NCBI RefSeq assembly: GCF_001194135.2
Contig: NC_068988.1
Span: 31,495,171 to 31,559,170 of the forward strand
DNA: 64,000 nt
Origin: Octopus bimaculoides
Taxonomy: Eukaryota
Reading direction: 5' to 3'
Shown: piece by piece, positions 1 through 13,109 of the stretch
How positions within the stretch are numbered: position 1 is the stretch's first letter
Layout: each line of letters starts with the position of its first letter
The notes under the pieces: model-generated
Database searches by the model: none
What the model was told of the DNA's origin: nothing
What the model saw: only the letters and a program-made list of their open reading frames with translations
Translations under genes and position numbers: made by a program

Positions 1-18
1 TATCTATCAGTGGCCAGT

Positions 19-29
19 GTGTGCGTGTG

Positions 30-70
<41 letters not shown>

Positions 71-72
71 GC
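19..72. repeat. (GT)n microsatellite, representative of dozens of CA/TG, TA, GA/TC, TATG, AAT, ACT and CTAT tracts across the window
   Basis: Seen directly. Other clear examples: (GA)n 813-870, (GT)n(GA)n 14609-14700, (CA)(TA)(TG) 18858-18940, (TC)n 31420-31497, (CTAT)n 41911-41970, (ACT)n 44360-44420, (CA)n 58275-58352. Confidence 0.97.
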
Positions 73-810
73 ATGCGTAACGAAGTTAATTCTATTTGCT
101 GCAGTTATAGCTCCCTAGAAAAATTTTGCTTTCACCAGGAGAGCTTTTTCTATGACTTTCGTCGTTGTATATGTCAATTCATGAGCCTATTATGCCCTTT
201 TTCTCAAATTCATTTTCGTCGTTCAGATTTTTTCTTCGGAACATTCAGCCTCTATGTGCCTTCCAGAGATTTTTTATCTCTTTATCGTTTCTAATTCACC
301 ATTCCAGCACATATATTTTCTTTGTTTTTATATTATCTTTCAGCACCTAATTTAGTTTTTGAAGCTCACAATGTTTTGCAAGAGATTTTTTTTTATGTTT
401 ATCACACATTCCTTGGTTGTTTAAATATTTGATCTGTAACTATTTATTGATTACATTATTTGCATCCTGTTTTGCACAAGATTTCGTTCTGTCTCACTTA
501 TATATATTCATTTTGTATCTGAAATCACAAAGATACCCTTGATATTCGTCGGTTTATCTTCTTTTCTTTGATCAAACACGCTCTTTTCTTTTTCTTTTTT
601 TCCTTCTTTACGCTATACAGTTTTCAGATCCTGTTATTCCGAACTTTGATTTTCGGAAACTGTTGATCTTGTATATGATTTTTTCATTGGTCAGTTTGTT
701 ACTCCTTTTCTATCTCTCTATCTCTCTCACTTATTGTGTAATGAGTAATGGTGTCATTTTTTTTTCTGAACAACTTTAGCGACTTCAGCCACACACACGC
801 ACACACACAC

Positions 811-874
<64 letters not shown>

Positions 875-1578
875 CAATTTATAAAGTAAATAGAACCAAA
901 GTTTTGCAAAATTGTATATAAGTGAGGTAATTAAATGTTGAATACTAAACGGCCAATATATCAAACAATCTTTAAGCAAGACATGACGCAATATGGAGAA
1001 ACAGGATGTGCTTGCGCTGCAATAAACTAGAAGTAGAACGACAATTAAGTATCCCATGAGAAACGATATACAGATAAACGACATTAAGCTAACAGGATTT
1101 GGAACGTGTCATACAGAGAAACAACAACAAAATTTAGCAATAAAAAATAGATCGCTTAAGTTGCAAATAAAACAACTTTAAATATACATAACTTCTTAAG
1201 AACACTGAAACGAAGCCGATTAAAACGATAGCTCCAGAAACACAATGAACTCACATGAATGAATATGAAAGTAGATTCATGGAAGCAGGTTGTAATAACA
1301 TGTAGAGCGCAGTGGTGCCAACCTCGATCCATGGGAAAATTAATTCAGTTTAAATATTGAATATACTATACTACATAAATCAAACATCCAATTTTTTCGG
1401 TGATGTACTGTGACATGTGAAGTGATGTATGCATGTATAAATGTATGTATGAATATGTATGTATGTATGTATGTATATATGTGTACACACACACACACAC
1501 AAAAGTGAAATCGAAATCGTAATTGAACCATACTCGATGACTGGCACCTGCACCAGTGGAGCCCTAACAGCACTGTCC

Positions 1579-1865
1579 GAGCGTGTTCATTGCCAGAGCA
1601 GCTGTCTGGCTTCGGTGTTAGTAGCCTGTAAATAGCACCATTTGAGCGTAATCGTTACCAGCGTCGCCTTCTAGCACTTGTGCGGGTGGCACGTTAGAAA
1701 ATCATTCGAGCGAGGTCGTTGCCAGTGCCGCTGGACTGGCTCCTGTGCAGGTGGCACGTAAAAAACATCTTTTTGAGCGTGGCCGTTGCCAGTACCGTGT
1801 GACTGGCCCTCGCGCCGGTGGCACATGAAAGCACCCACTACACTCTCGGAGTGGTTGGCGTTAGG
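1579..1865 (+). mobile_element. SINE-like retroposon with four ~65-bp internal subunits and the start of an RTE-LINE-like 3' tail; runs into a gap
   Basis: Units start GAGCG at 1579, 1644, 1708 and 1775 and share GTTGCCAG...GGTGGCACGTAAAA. It ends GAGTGGTTGGCGTTAGG, which resembles RTE 3' tails (recognition, not searched). Confidence 0.65.
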
Positions 1866-3424
1866 NNNNNNNNNNNNNNNNNNNNNNNNNNNNNNNNNNN
1901 NNNNNNNNNNNNNNNNNNNNNNNNNNNNNNNNNNNNNNNNNNNNNNNNNNNNNNNNNNNNNNNNNNNNNNNNNNNNNNNNNNNNNNNNNNNNNNNNNNNN
2001 NNNNNNNNNNNNNNNNNNNNNNNNNNNNNNNNNNNNNNNNNNNNNNNNNNNNNNNNNNNNNNNNNNNNNNNNNNNNNNNNNNNNNNNNNNNNNNNNNNNN
2101 NNNNNNNNNNNNNNNNNNNNNNNNNNNNNNNNNNNNNNNNNNNNNNNNNNNNNNNNNNNNNNNNNNNNNNNNNNNNNNNNNNNNNNNNNNNNNNNNNNNN
2201 NNNNNNNNNNNNNNNNNNNNNNNNNNNNNNNNNNNNNNNNNNNNNNNNNNNNNNNNNNNNNNNNNNNNNNNNNNNNNNNNNNNNNNNNNNNNNNNNNNNN
2301 NNNNNNNNNNNNNNNNNNNNNNNNNNNNNNNNNNNNNNNNNNNNNNNNNNNNNNNNNNNNNNNNNNNNNNNNNNNNNNNNNNNNNNNNNNNNNNNNNNNN
2401 NNNNNNNNNNNNNNNNNNNNNNNNNNNNNNNNNNNNNNNNNNNNNNNNNNNNNNNNNNNNNNNNNNNNNNNNNNNNNNNNNNNNNNNNNNNNNNNNNNNN
2501 NNNNNNNNNNNNNNNNNNNNNNNNNNNNNNNNNNNNNNNNNNNNNNNNNNNNNNNNNNNNNNNNNNNNNNNNNNNNNNNNNNNNNNNNNNNNNNNNNNNN
2601 NNNNNNNNNNNNNNNNNNNNNNNNNNNNNNNNNNNNNNNNNNNNNNNNNNNNNNNNNNNNNNNNNNNTATATATATATATATATATGCATACACTATAGC
2701 ATATACTATAGGAGTAGTCACAACAGTAACATCAATGAAGAATCTAGTGACATTACCATAATCATTTAAAGTCATTTATCATAGCACTACCGCATATATC
2801 TCTAGTAAAACTATGCAAATTTATAACTATTTTATGATATTACAGTGAATACTCTGTGTCAAATAGTCCGTCGTCACTAAATCAAGACGGTTGGCTTGAA
2901 CAAATCTCTCTTTAAATATTGGCTAGACAGTATAACGGTTTATGTGAAAATAAGCGCTAAATAATTCCGTGTTACATGATATATATTTTTTAATCTTGGT
3001 GTTTATACTGAGAAAGAAAGAATATGTCTCTCAATCTTAAGTAATACATTTTTATAAACATAAAAAAAGCAATCTTACCAAACCAGTTGTTCTATGTCGG
3101 CAAGAATTACTGATTAAATTTTGTTGGGAGACAGTGGAAGATTTGTCTCGTCACGTATCACATTTTCAATATTTATCAAGTGAATTTATTTTTCTCACCC
3201 GTTGAAAGATATACTTTGAAAGTGAGCGCATATACTGAGTCTAGAATGTATACGTATTTAATCTGAAGTTGTAGAGATATTGTTTATTCTCTTGCTACTT
3301 TCAGTCATTGATCTGCGTCTCTTCCCGATTAACTTCGAAGGTTTAATTGATTACGTTAACACCAGACTGATAAGGAAGTATTTTATAAATCTCATACGGA
3401 AGTAAATTAGAATTGACTTCAGAA

Positions 3425-3540
3425 AGTGTTATGAAATCGCGATATGACCAAAGGGGTGTGACCAAAGGCATGTGACCAAAGGAATGTTATGAAAGGGATG
3501 TTAACAAAGAGATGTTATGAAATCAGGATGTGACCAAACA
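3425..3540 (+). repeat. Degenerate ~14-bp minisatellite (TGTGACCAAAGG / TGTTATGAAA units)
   Basis: Repeated tgtgaccaaagg and tgttatgaaa units seen directly. Confidence 0.75.
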
Positions 3541-4015
3541 CTGTTTCTACATACGTTATGAGTGTATTGCCTATTAACAAACATATGGACTTTAAAAAAA
3601 TCTTCTTCACTACGCTTGTTATACTAGCCAGATCATTGGACTTCTTGCGTTAGGAAGAATATGGTGGTGGCACGGCAATTTCAGGTAAATAAAATATTTA
3701 TTTCGAAAATTTTTTTAAAATCAAATTTGAGAATATTGGTGCTGGATTTGGTTCCTCGACTTTAGAATTTTTCATTGCTTGGACAGAGAACGGCATTAAA
3801 TTTGGGGTGCATATGACTTCTCTTTAATAGATTTATTTACCTGAAATTGCCGTGCCACCACCATATTCTTCCTAACGCAAGAAGTCCAATGATCTGGCTA
3901 GTATAACAAGCGTAGTGAAGAAGATTTTTTTAAAGTCCATATGTTTGTTAATAGGCAATACACTCATAACGTATGTAGAAACAGTGTTTGGTCACATCCT
4001 GATTTCATAACATCT
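3510..4015. repeat. Perfect 184-bp inverted repeat (3510-3693 / 3832-4015) with a 138-bp spacer
   Basis: By hand comparison, 3832-4015 is the exact reverse complement of 3510-3693, including the 7-A/7-T run. Confidence 0.95.
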
Positions 4016-4933
4016 TAAAAACTAAATGTAATGAACTTGAAGCTTTTGATACATTTAATTATGGTAAGGTAAGGGGAGTTGCTGTCGTTTAGCCTAGGTC
4101 AGTCGTAACAAGGAAACCTTTAGTCAAATGCGTCCCAGTTATGAAATTCTCATAATTAAAGTATCTTTTAGTACAGTATTATTCAATGATCTCTACCCAT
4201 TTGCAACAAGACAGAGTTATATTTAAGAGAGAATTTTATTTCTAACGGGTCCATCGACAAAATAAAGACACTTTAATCGGGACTTCAGCAAAACAAATAC
4301 ATTATAGAAAAGATCATTATAAAAATGCCGGCTGTGGTGATTCAGATTTTTAAAAATAAACATCAACAAAGATTCAACAACAAAGGCTCATAACAAATTC
4401 ATGAAAATAGTATTGTAATTTGGTAGAAATTACTTGGTAAGTCTGAAGTGGAGCTGAAATTTAAGAATATCACAATTAATGTACTGCAACATTGTATAGG
4501 GAAATCTGATAGGGAAATCTGAAAACAAAAAAAGAAGAAAAAATTGGCAAGCAACAGATAAAGATTTAAGGCGAAACTTATCTTTCACAGACTGTTTGAA
4601 AAGAAAAATATTAATTTTAAGGAAAACACTTGATGAAACTATCACAGGCTGTTATGAATAATCAATCATTGACCTAACATTAACACTACTTAGAAAATTA
4701 GAAATATAAATTCAGACAATTGCCACATTGATTTCCAATTTATTATTAATAATTCGCGAAACTATAAAAGTCACGACAATTTTGAGTGTAAAACTAATAT
4801 TTTTTTATGGATGCTTCATTAAAACAGAGTTTGTTTATAAAATTGTTTCCGAGATAAATAAAAAAAAACGATTTAAATAGTTCCAAGATGATCTAAAATT
4901 TTTTATTCATTTCTGATTAAGAAATGAGGCAAA

Positions 4934-4973
<40 letters not shown>

Positions 4974-4994
4974 NNNNNNNNNNTATATATATAT

Positions 4995-5205
4995 GTTTGT
5001 GTGTCTGTGTTTGTCTCCCCACCATAGCTTCATAATTGATGCTGGTGCGGTTACGTCCACGTAACTTTGCGGTTCGGCAACAGACACCGATAGAATGAGT
5101 ACTAGGCTTACAAAGAATAAGTCCTGGGGTCGATTTATTCGATTCTTAAAGGCGGTGCCCCAGCATGGCCGCAGTCTAAAGACTGAAACAAACAAGAAGA
5201 GAAAT
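4995..5205 (+). mobile_element. SINE family A, 3' half
   Basis: GTAACTT..GCGGTTCGGCAA...GATAGAAT.AGTACTAGGCTTACAAAGAATAAGTCCTGGGGTCGAT...AAAGGCGGTGC.CCAGCATGGCCGCAGTC; the same text recurs at 9785-9905 (-), 36800-36980, 43000-43110 and 55950-56110. Confidence 0.85.
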
Positions 5206-5660
5206 AACACAAACATACATGCATGTATGTATGGATCGCACGTTTGTATGAGTGTGTGTTTATGAATATGTAAATGCATGTATGCAAATGTTACAAAAAA
5301 TAAAACTGCACTTTTTTTTTCTGAGCAGAAAATGTTTACTAATTAATATATTGATTTCCAACATTGGAATAAGGCTGCTAATTTTCTGAGATGTTAGAAT
5401 CGATAGTTTTGACTCGGTCACCTGATACATAACTTACTTATTATATCTAGACATATAACTGGTAAGGGAAAACATATTTTGTTTTAAATTCCAAATGTAA
5501 ATGGATGGGAGAAAATACTGAAAACTAAGTTTGTTGCCACCTTCATATATATTTATCTTTTAATAGTTGCAATAATTAGAGGGGAATTGTTTCGAACAAA
5601 CTGAGCCTAACCTGGAAGCTGTGGAGATGTAAATGGAGCAAAAGAAAGAAAGAAAAAAAC

Positions 5661-5880
5661 TGGCACACCGTCGATTTCGACGACGATGGTTCCAGTTGTT
5701 CAAGGAGATTCAGCGTGATACAGAATGTGACAATGCAGGTCTTTTTAAATACATGTATTAGTAGACGGGACCATTTTGAAATAAAATGTCTTGCTCAAGG
5801 ACATAACACGCCACCGAGAATTGAACTCACAACCTTACGATCATCGACCGAATATCCTAGCCAAGTCACGCCCCTCCACT
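5661..5880 (-). mobile_element. Degenerate or chimeric tRNA-derived SINE (C-type head, B-type tail)
   Basis: The reverse complement has a tRNA-like head with B box (GAGTTCAATTC), then TGTCCTTGAGCAAGACA. The tail matches TGGCAC.CCGTCG..T.CGACG of the family B end. Confidence 0.7.
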
Positions 5881-8659
5881 TAAAGCAACATCGATTGTCA
5901 AGCGGTAAACGGACTGACACAAACCCAAGGACGTAGACAAAACTCATCTCCTCTGTGGGTGCGCGTACACACACACACACACCACAAACACACGAATTTA
6001 CACACACACAAACATACATACATGCATANNNNNNNNNNNNNNNNNNNNNNNNNNNNNNNNNNNNNNNNNNNNNNNNNNNNNNNNNNNNNNNNNNNNNNNN
6101 NNNNNNNNNNNNNNNNNNNNNNNNNNNNNNNNNNNNNNNNNNNNNNNNNNNNNNNNNNNNNNNNNNNNNNNNNNNNNNNNNNNNNNNNNNNNNNNNNNNN
6201 NNNNNNNNNNNNNNNNNNNNNNNNNNNNNNNNNNNNNNNNNNNNNNNNNNNNNNNNNNNNNNNNNNNNNNNNNNNNNNNNNNNNNNNNNNNNNNNNNNNN
6301 NNNNNNNNNNNNNNNNNNNNNNNNNNNNNNNNNNNNNNNNNNNNNNNNNNNNNNNNNNNNNNNNNNNNNNNNNNNNNNNNNNNNNNNNNNNNNNNNNNNN
6401 NNNNNNNNNNNNNNNNNNNNNNNNNNNNNNNNNNNNNNNNNNNNNNNNNNNNNNNNNNNNNNNNNNNNNNNNNNNNNNNNNNNNNNNNNNNNNNNNNNNN
6501 NNNNNNNNNNNNNNNNNNNNNNNNNNNNNNNNNNNNNNNNNNNNNNNNNNNNNNNNNNNNNNNNNNNNNNNNNNNNNNNNNNNNNNNNNNNNNNNNNNNN
6601 NNNNNNNNNNNNNNNNNNNNNNNNNNNNNNNNNNNNNNNNNNNNNNNNNNNNNNNNNNNNNNNNNNNNNNNNNNNNNNNNNNNNNNNNNNNNNNNNNNNN
6701 NNNNNNNNNNNNNNNNNNNNNNNNNNNNNNNNNNNNNNNNNNNNNNNNNNNNNNNNNNNNNNNNNNNNNNNNNNNNNNNNNNNNNNNNNNNNATGCAAAT
6801 AATTAGAAAATGGAGATAACTACAAATTAACCAACACATCGATTGGACCACATTTATAGCTTATGTTTTAATACAACGCATGACATTACAAAATAGGTGA
6901 CATAACATATCTTACAGCCGTTACTGATCGGATTGCCAAAATGCAGTCTATACATAAATGCGAGAATAAAATTCTTCTACTTCAGAGGCCCTTCAAATTA
7001 AGGCAACGAATCTTCATCAGAGTGAAAATCAGGAGTATACAATATAAACAAAAAGAAAAAAACATATTTTCGTTTTTAAAAAATCAATATGAGGTTTCAA
7101 ACCTCTTACAAAAGGAGGCACTAAAATCGCTTACTTAACATTAAAAAAAAACACAATGAAGGTTTAAAACCACTACAAATAATGCAATAAGATGCGGTTT
7201 CAAACCCTCTTAACGAGGCTTTTCACCTCCTATTCATCGATATATCCATCAATATATCTATCATTATCTTCAGTACAGCTTGAAGTCCTGTACCCTGCCA
7301 TCTCCCCTGCCTCATTCACGTACGAGGCATATGTCATGTTAGGGTCAACCGGCCATGTGCGACAATCCTCTTTAAGTATTCTAAGTTTTTCCTACACGGA
7401 CATCCTTATGAACTCCACAGCTATCTGCGGAGGCCATTCGGGATCCCGTGTGCAGGCCATATCTACAGTCTCTTTATGTTCTTCTACGGTAATTAATTAC
7501 ATATGTTTACAATTTTATAACTTCACAACCTGATACAGTTATAATACCACATATTGTTGATTGTGTTTCCTAAGCCCTACCTTTATCATATCATGAATAA
7601 ATTCTGTTTCTGTCTATAATTGATAATAACCTCAACCTTAAGTGTCTAAATGTATCTTTACACTCCAACATTGAAATTCAATGCACAGTTACCCCACTTC
7701 GTTTGTAGTCTATAAGTCTGGAAATATTTTAACTCCGGTATTTTCACCTTTGTTCTTCTAATTCGGACATTTACTCGTAAGCTTAAAATTATAACTCAGA
7801 TCTACCCATAACGAAATAACACTTCCTAAATCCTATTTTAGCGCATAATTTATCTCTGCATTTCAATGTCATAATATACAAACCGGCTACCTTACTCCGT
7901 TAGAGTCCGGTAACGTTTGTTTATCGTTTGTTTACGTTTCCACTAATTGCTTCGTCCATTACTTTTCTCATTCAGACAATTAATTGTTAATTTGATATAT
8001 ATCTCAGATATATTTATATATATATATAAAAAAAACTATATCCATATCCGTAAGTGCTTTTCATCGCCCATTCATTAATAAGACACCTTAGACTATTCAT
8101 TCCTGAAATACTTTTATTTTTGTTTTTACTTGTCTTGTAATTTATTGATAGTTTTAACCGACCTGAACAACGCCATTGTTTTCAAATATTAGCTGACCAA
8201 TTAAGTTGTAGGATTAACTTTGACCTCACCCTACTTCTCATAGGGGTATTAGGATTAGATTTCTGTTAATAAGTAACAATAACATCGCACTAAGGTTTTA
8301 CTTAATTTTTCTTTCATTGATATACTTATGTATTGAAATTCCTCCAAACAGGTTCAATTTAAGTTAATTCTTCCAATTCCTTTTATAATGCTCTATTAAA
8401 TAGCAGTTAGCTTCCAACTTCTGACCCCTGTGACATGGACCATACCATTAAACTCATTACACAGCCTCTTATCCTCGCTATTTCCCCCAGTATAATTAAA
8501 AGACGATGTAACTTTCACAGCCTGCGGAAATTTCTCCTGGAAGTGACTTTATTTACCATAACATGTAATACCATGAATTATGATAGCACCTTCAAATGTC
8601 ATTCTTACCATTCCTTACTATTTCTATTATATCATTTTTATTTTGCAGCATGGAAGGTG

Positions 8660-9532
8660 TTTATTTGTTTTTCTAAAATGCACCATAAATGTTCAGTAAT
8701 ATTGAGATCTGGGGACTCTGGTGGCCATATAAGATGTTCACCTTCACTAGAGTGTTCCTCGTGTCATTCAGTAACAATTTTAGCTGTGTGAAATGGTAAA
8801 TTATCATCCTGAAATATTGCGTTTCTTTCCGGAAACAGTTCTGCAACCATAGGATGAATTTGATCACATAAAATGCTTAAATAGTCTTCACTATTAATTC
8901 TGCGGTGAAGGGAGGCCATTGGGCCGGCAAATTTCCAAGATATAGCCCCCGCCCAGATCATCACAGATCCCCCTCCATGTTTAACAGCTGGAAGAAGGCA
9001 GTCTGAGTCAAATGCTTCTTTTGGCTGTCTCCACACTTATACTTGCCCGGTGGTCGGAGATAAGGTAAAGGATGACTCATCCGAGAAAATAACAATTTTC
9101 ACTGCTCTAAGGACCAATTCTGTAGGTTTTTACTCCACTCTAAACGCTTTGCAACGTTTGTTTTTGAAAGTAGTGGTTTTCTGATTGCAGCTCACCCGTG
9201 CAATCTGGCTTTAGGCAGCTCCCGGTGAACAGTTTTTGAGGAAACTGGGTTTCGAGGTGGTCACTAAGCTCTGCAGTAATTCTGGGAGCTGTATTTTTGT
9301 GATCCTTTCTAACAATTCGCGTAAGAGTCCGACGGTCCTTATCTGAAAATTTTGCTTTTCTTCCGGAGTTTTGTTTCTACGAGGAGGTTTTTCCCTCTTT
9401 CTTAAAGGCTGTCATTACTTTCGAGACAGTACTTCTTGATGCACCAAATATTTCGGCTGATTTTGTTACGCTAGCGCCTGATATACGAGTACCAACAATT
9501 TTACCTCTTTGAAAGTCTGACAGATATGTCAT
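8660..9532 (-). pseudogene. Tc1 transposase pseudogene (HTH plus DD34E domain) with stops and frameshifts
   Basis: MTYLSDFQRGKIVGTRISGASVTKSAEIFGASRSTVSKVM...NSGRK, then VIFSDES, WRQPKEAF..CLLPAVKHGGGSVMIW, AIFQDDNLPFH and WPPESPDLNITEHLW. Confidence 0.93.
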
Positions 9533-9718
9533 TTTAATGAATTTTAATTCCCTTTCTCTGATATCTGAAAAGAAACAACAATTTTAGCAAAACATGTTAA
9601 GGAACACCAATAATAAATCAAAAACCATAAAAATTAACAAGCTTTTGACGGTTTTATAGATATTTCACAATTATGATGCTATGATGTCAGGTGCTTCCAT
9701 TATTTTGTCCAACCACTG
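8660..9718 (-). mobile_element. Tc1-family DNA transposon, decayed; one TIR retained, 3' end missing
   Basis: TIR CAGTGGTTGGACAAAATAATGGAA ends at 9718. No matching second TIR was found near 8.3-8.6 kb. Transposase remnants are present (next entry). Confidence 0.92.
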
Positions 9719-9740
9719 TGTGTGTATATATATATATATG

Positions 9741-9784
<44 letters not shown>

Positions 9785-9786
<2 letters not shown>

Positions 9787-9991
9787 ATTATATATTTTTA
9801 CTTGTTTCAGTCATTTGAGTGCGGCCATGGTGGAGCACCGCCTTTAGTAGAACAAATTGTCCCCAGGACTTATTCTCTGTAAGCCTAGTACTTATTCTAT
9901 CGTTCGCTCAAGCAATGTTGGGGGAACAAACACAGACACCAAACACACACACACACACACACACATACACACACACACACACACACATGTA

Positions 9992-10024
<33 letters not shown>

Positions 10025-10090
10025 CGACACCACTACTTATTGTATTTAAGCCTAGTAGTTATTCTATCGTCCTCTTTTGTCGAACCGCTA
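9785..10090 (-). mobile_element. SINE family A 3' fragments split by (CA)n/(CATA)n
   Basis: TTGTTTCAGTCATTTGA.TGCGGCCATGGTGGAGCACCGCCTTTAG...AAGCCTAGTACTTATTCTATCG at 9790-9903; second fragment at 10045-10090. Confidence 0.8.
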
Positions 10091-10098
10091 TCCATGTA

Positions 10099-10148
<50 letters not shown>

Positions 10149-10619
10149 CAGTCATATGTAAACCTTATGCACTCACACTTACACACACGCATAGGCAGAT
10201 ATAAATGTATTCACACATTCATTATTTACGTGTTTGTGATAGCCAGGACGCTCCTTCTGTGTCCAACAGTTAAGTCAATTGAACAAACTTTCCTTTGGCA
10301 AACGAGCAGAACATATCATAGACATGTTTATTCTTAACATAATTGTCAAGTAGAATCAACGTGACACAAGGTAATACATTCAGGCCATCAAAGTTGAAGT
10401 ACATTTCATATGAAAGGCGTCTACATAGTTTCCTTCTACTTAACTTTCCGATAGTTGGCTCGGGTCATTCCCAGGTTATGATAAAAATTCTTGGCCAAAG
10501 TGCTAATCTGTGGCATCGAAATTGTGAAACAAACTTTTGAAACACTCAGGCATCTTACTTATCCGTTATTCTTAAGAGAATACAAGGAGGTAGCTTATAT
10601 CGTTTCGCACAGGCATGAA

Positions 10620-10805
10620 CACCTTCTCAGATGGAGAGAGGATGAATTGCACCAGTAGTTGGCTAGTGCTCACATTCAGCTCCATTCACTAGAGAGAGGT
10701 CAAATGAATTTCCTTGGTCAATGAAACAAAGAACTGTCGACTTGTGGAACCGAGCCCACGACCTTACCTCCGGGAAGCCAACAACTTACTCTTTAGGTCA
10801 CGTGG
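10620..10805 (-). mobile_element. Old tRNA-derived SINE remnant
   Basis: The reverse complement shows a tRNA-like head (GGTCGTGGGCTCGGTTCC B-box-like), then a degenerate CCTCTCTCTAGTGAATGG central box. Confidence 0.5.
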
Positions 10806-10883
10806 TGTCATTCGGCTATACACAACGAACTTGTGCCTGCGCAGTGTGTAGGTGTATACGTATGTTTGTGAGTGTGTGTGTGT

Positions 10884-10920
<37 letters not shown>

Positions 10921-12279
10921 NNNNNNNNNNNNNNNNNNNNNNNNNNNNNNNNNNNNNNNNNNNNNNNNNNNNNNNNNNNNNNNNNNNNNNNNNNNNNNNN
11001 NNNNNNNNNNNNNNNNNNNNNNNNNNNNNNNNNNNNNNNNNNNNNNNNNNNNNNNNNNNNNNNNNNNNNNNNNNNNNNNNNNNNNNNNNNNNNNNNNNNN
11101 NNNNNNNNNNNNNNNNNNNNNNNNNNNNNNNNNNNNNNNNNNNNNNNNNNNNNNNNNNNNNNNNNNNNNNNNNNNNNNNNNNNNNNNNNNNNNNNNNNNN
11201 NNNNNNNNNNNNNNNNNNNNNNNNNNNNNNNNNNNNNNNNNNNNNNNNNNNNNNNNNNNNNNNNNNNNNNNNNNNNNNNNNNNNNNNNNNNNNNNNNNNN
11301 NNNNNNNNNNNNNNNNNNNNNNNNNNNNNNNNNNNNNNNNNNNNNNNNNNNNTATATATATATATATATATATATGATATATATGTGTGTGTTTGTATGT
11401 ATCCGTGTATATATGTATATATATATGTATATATATGTATCAATATATATGTGTACATAAAAACATATGTGCATACGCGCTCTCACACAGTCATACACCT
11501 GCACCTATCAGATCGGTTTATTTGAAAAAAATGATAATAATAAAAGTAACTAAATGAATAAAATAACCAAGTCCAAGATTCAAATTAATTGCCTCAAGAC
11601 TTAATAAAATGAAATTAAGTTAATTAAGTATATACAATCACAACATTAATTACAAACACTAAAGTGGACAATAGAATAAAATCGACACTTTTGTGGTTTC
11701 TTACAATGTCGACTTTTTGGAAGCTGACCAAAAATCTGTTGCAGTCACGGAAAAACCTATTTTCAAGACGAAGTTCGGCTAATACCGTAGGCAGCGAGTA
11801 ATATAAAGACACAGCCGCCATGTCTGTCTCTTCACTCTATGTCTGCCTCTGTATTCTAACTAAATGTAAATGTTATTTGAGCTGGTTTTGTATATGACGG
11901 GAAATAATAAAAGATAGAATGAAGTGGGGGGTGTTATTTGAAAGAAATATTGAAGAATTTTTAATAAGATAGAATGAAAAGGGATTTAAATAAGAATGAA
12001 AGTGAGAGATAGATAGACAGATAGATATATATATAGAGAGAGGCGGGGAGATGAAAGAGAAAGCATGAAGAAGAAGAAGAAGATGATGAAGGGGAGTGAA
12101 CGAAGACGAGAATGAAGACGAGGGAAGAAATAAAGAAGAAAACGAAGAAAAAGACAGATGATGAAGTAGAAGGAAGAAGCAGAAAACGAAGAAGTTTGAA
12201 GAGAAGCAGAAGAAGAGGGTAAGTGCAGTGATGATGAAAAACACGACCAGAAACATTAAGGGTAATTTTGGTTTTAAAT

Positions 12280-12845
12280 TTTGGCGTGAGACCAGCAATC
12301 TTAAAACATGGGTTAGTCGATTACATTGACCCCTGTGTTCAACTGATATTTACATTATCGACCTTGACCGAATTGAACGGCAACTCTACTTCGACGGAAT
12401 TTGATCTCAGAACGTAAAGAAGGACAAAACGCGCTGAGCATATTGCGCAAAATGATAACGATTCTGCCAGATCGTTGTCTATAGAGTAATAACAATATTC
12501 CTTTCTTCTATACGCACAAAGCCTGCGATTTTAAAGGAAGGACTAGTCGGTTACATCGACACCTGTGCTCAATTGATACTTGTTTTATCTACCCTGAAGG
12601 TGAAAGGCAAAGTTAACTCCTGCAACATTTAGCGGAAGAAATGCGGTGAAGCATTTAGCTGACGCGTTCACAATTCTGCCAGTTCGCCGTTTTAACAATA
12701 AGAACGACATTAATTTCAAATTCTGGCAAGAGGCCAGCAAGTTCGGATGAGGGATTAGTCGATTACCTCTACCCCAGTATTAAACTGGTGCTTATTTTAT
12801 TGACTCTGAACGGAGTCGATCGTGGTGGAATTTGAACTCGTAAAA
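12280..12845 (-). mobile_element. Three tandem SINE family D copies or fragments
   Basis: Each carries the reverse complement of AAATTCCGCCGAGGTCGAC-TTGCCTTTCATCCTTTCGGGGTCGATAAA..AAGTACCAG..CACTGGGGT.GATGTAATCGACT (12280-12475, 12525-12690, 12720-12845). Confidence 0.8.
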
Positions 12846-13073
12846 TAAAAACGGAAGAAATGTAGAAAACAATAAGAACAATATTAAAACCAGAAATGCA
12901 ATAGCTGCTACAACTATAACAACTTCAGTAGGGTCAGAAAAGTATAGATGTATGTAAATATATATGTACACACACGCGCGCGCGCACGCATACACACACG
13001 CATGTGTGTGTAAGTGTGTGTAAGTGTGTGTGAAGAGTGTGTGAGTATATATACATATATATATATATATATA

Positions 13074-13109
<36 letters not shown>

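Noticed and set aside
10590-10635. Minus-strand CTGAGAA...GCGAAACG hammerhead-like string
   Set aside because: The core does not fit CUGANGA and no stem I or II can be formed.
11624-11821. Possible first coding exon (minus MAAVSLYY..., or plus MSTFWKLTKNLL...)
   Set aside because: Both strands give equally plausible short frames with donors, with no recognisable homology to choose between them.
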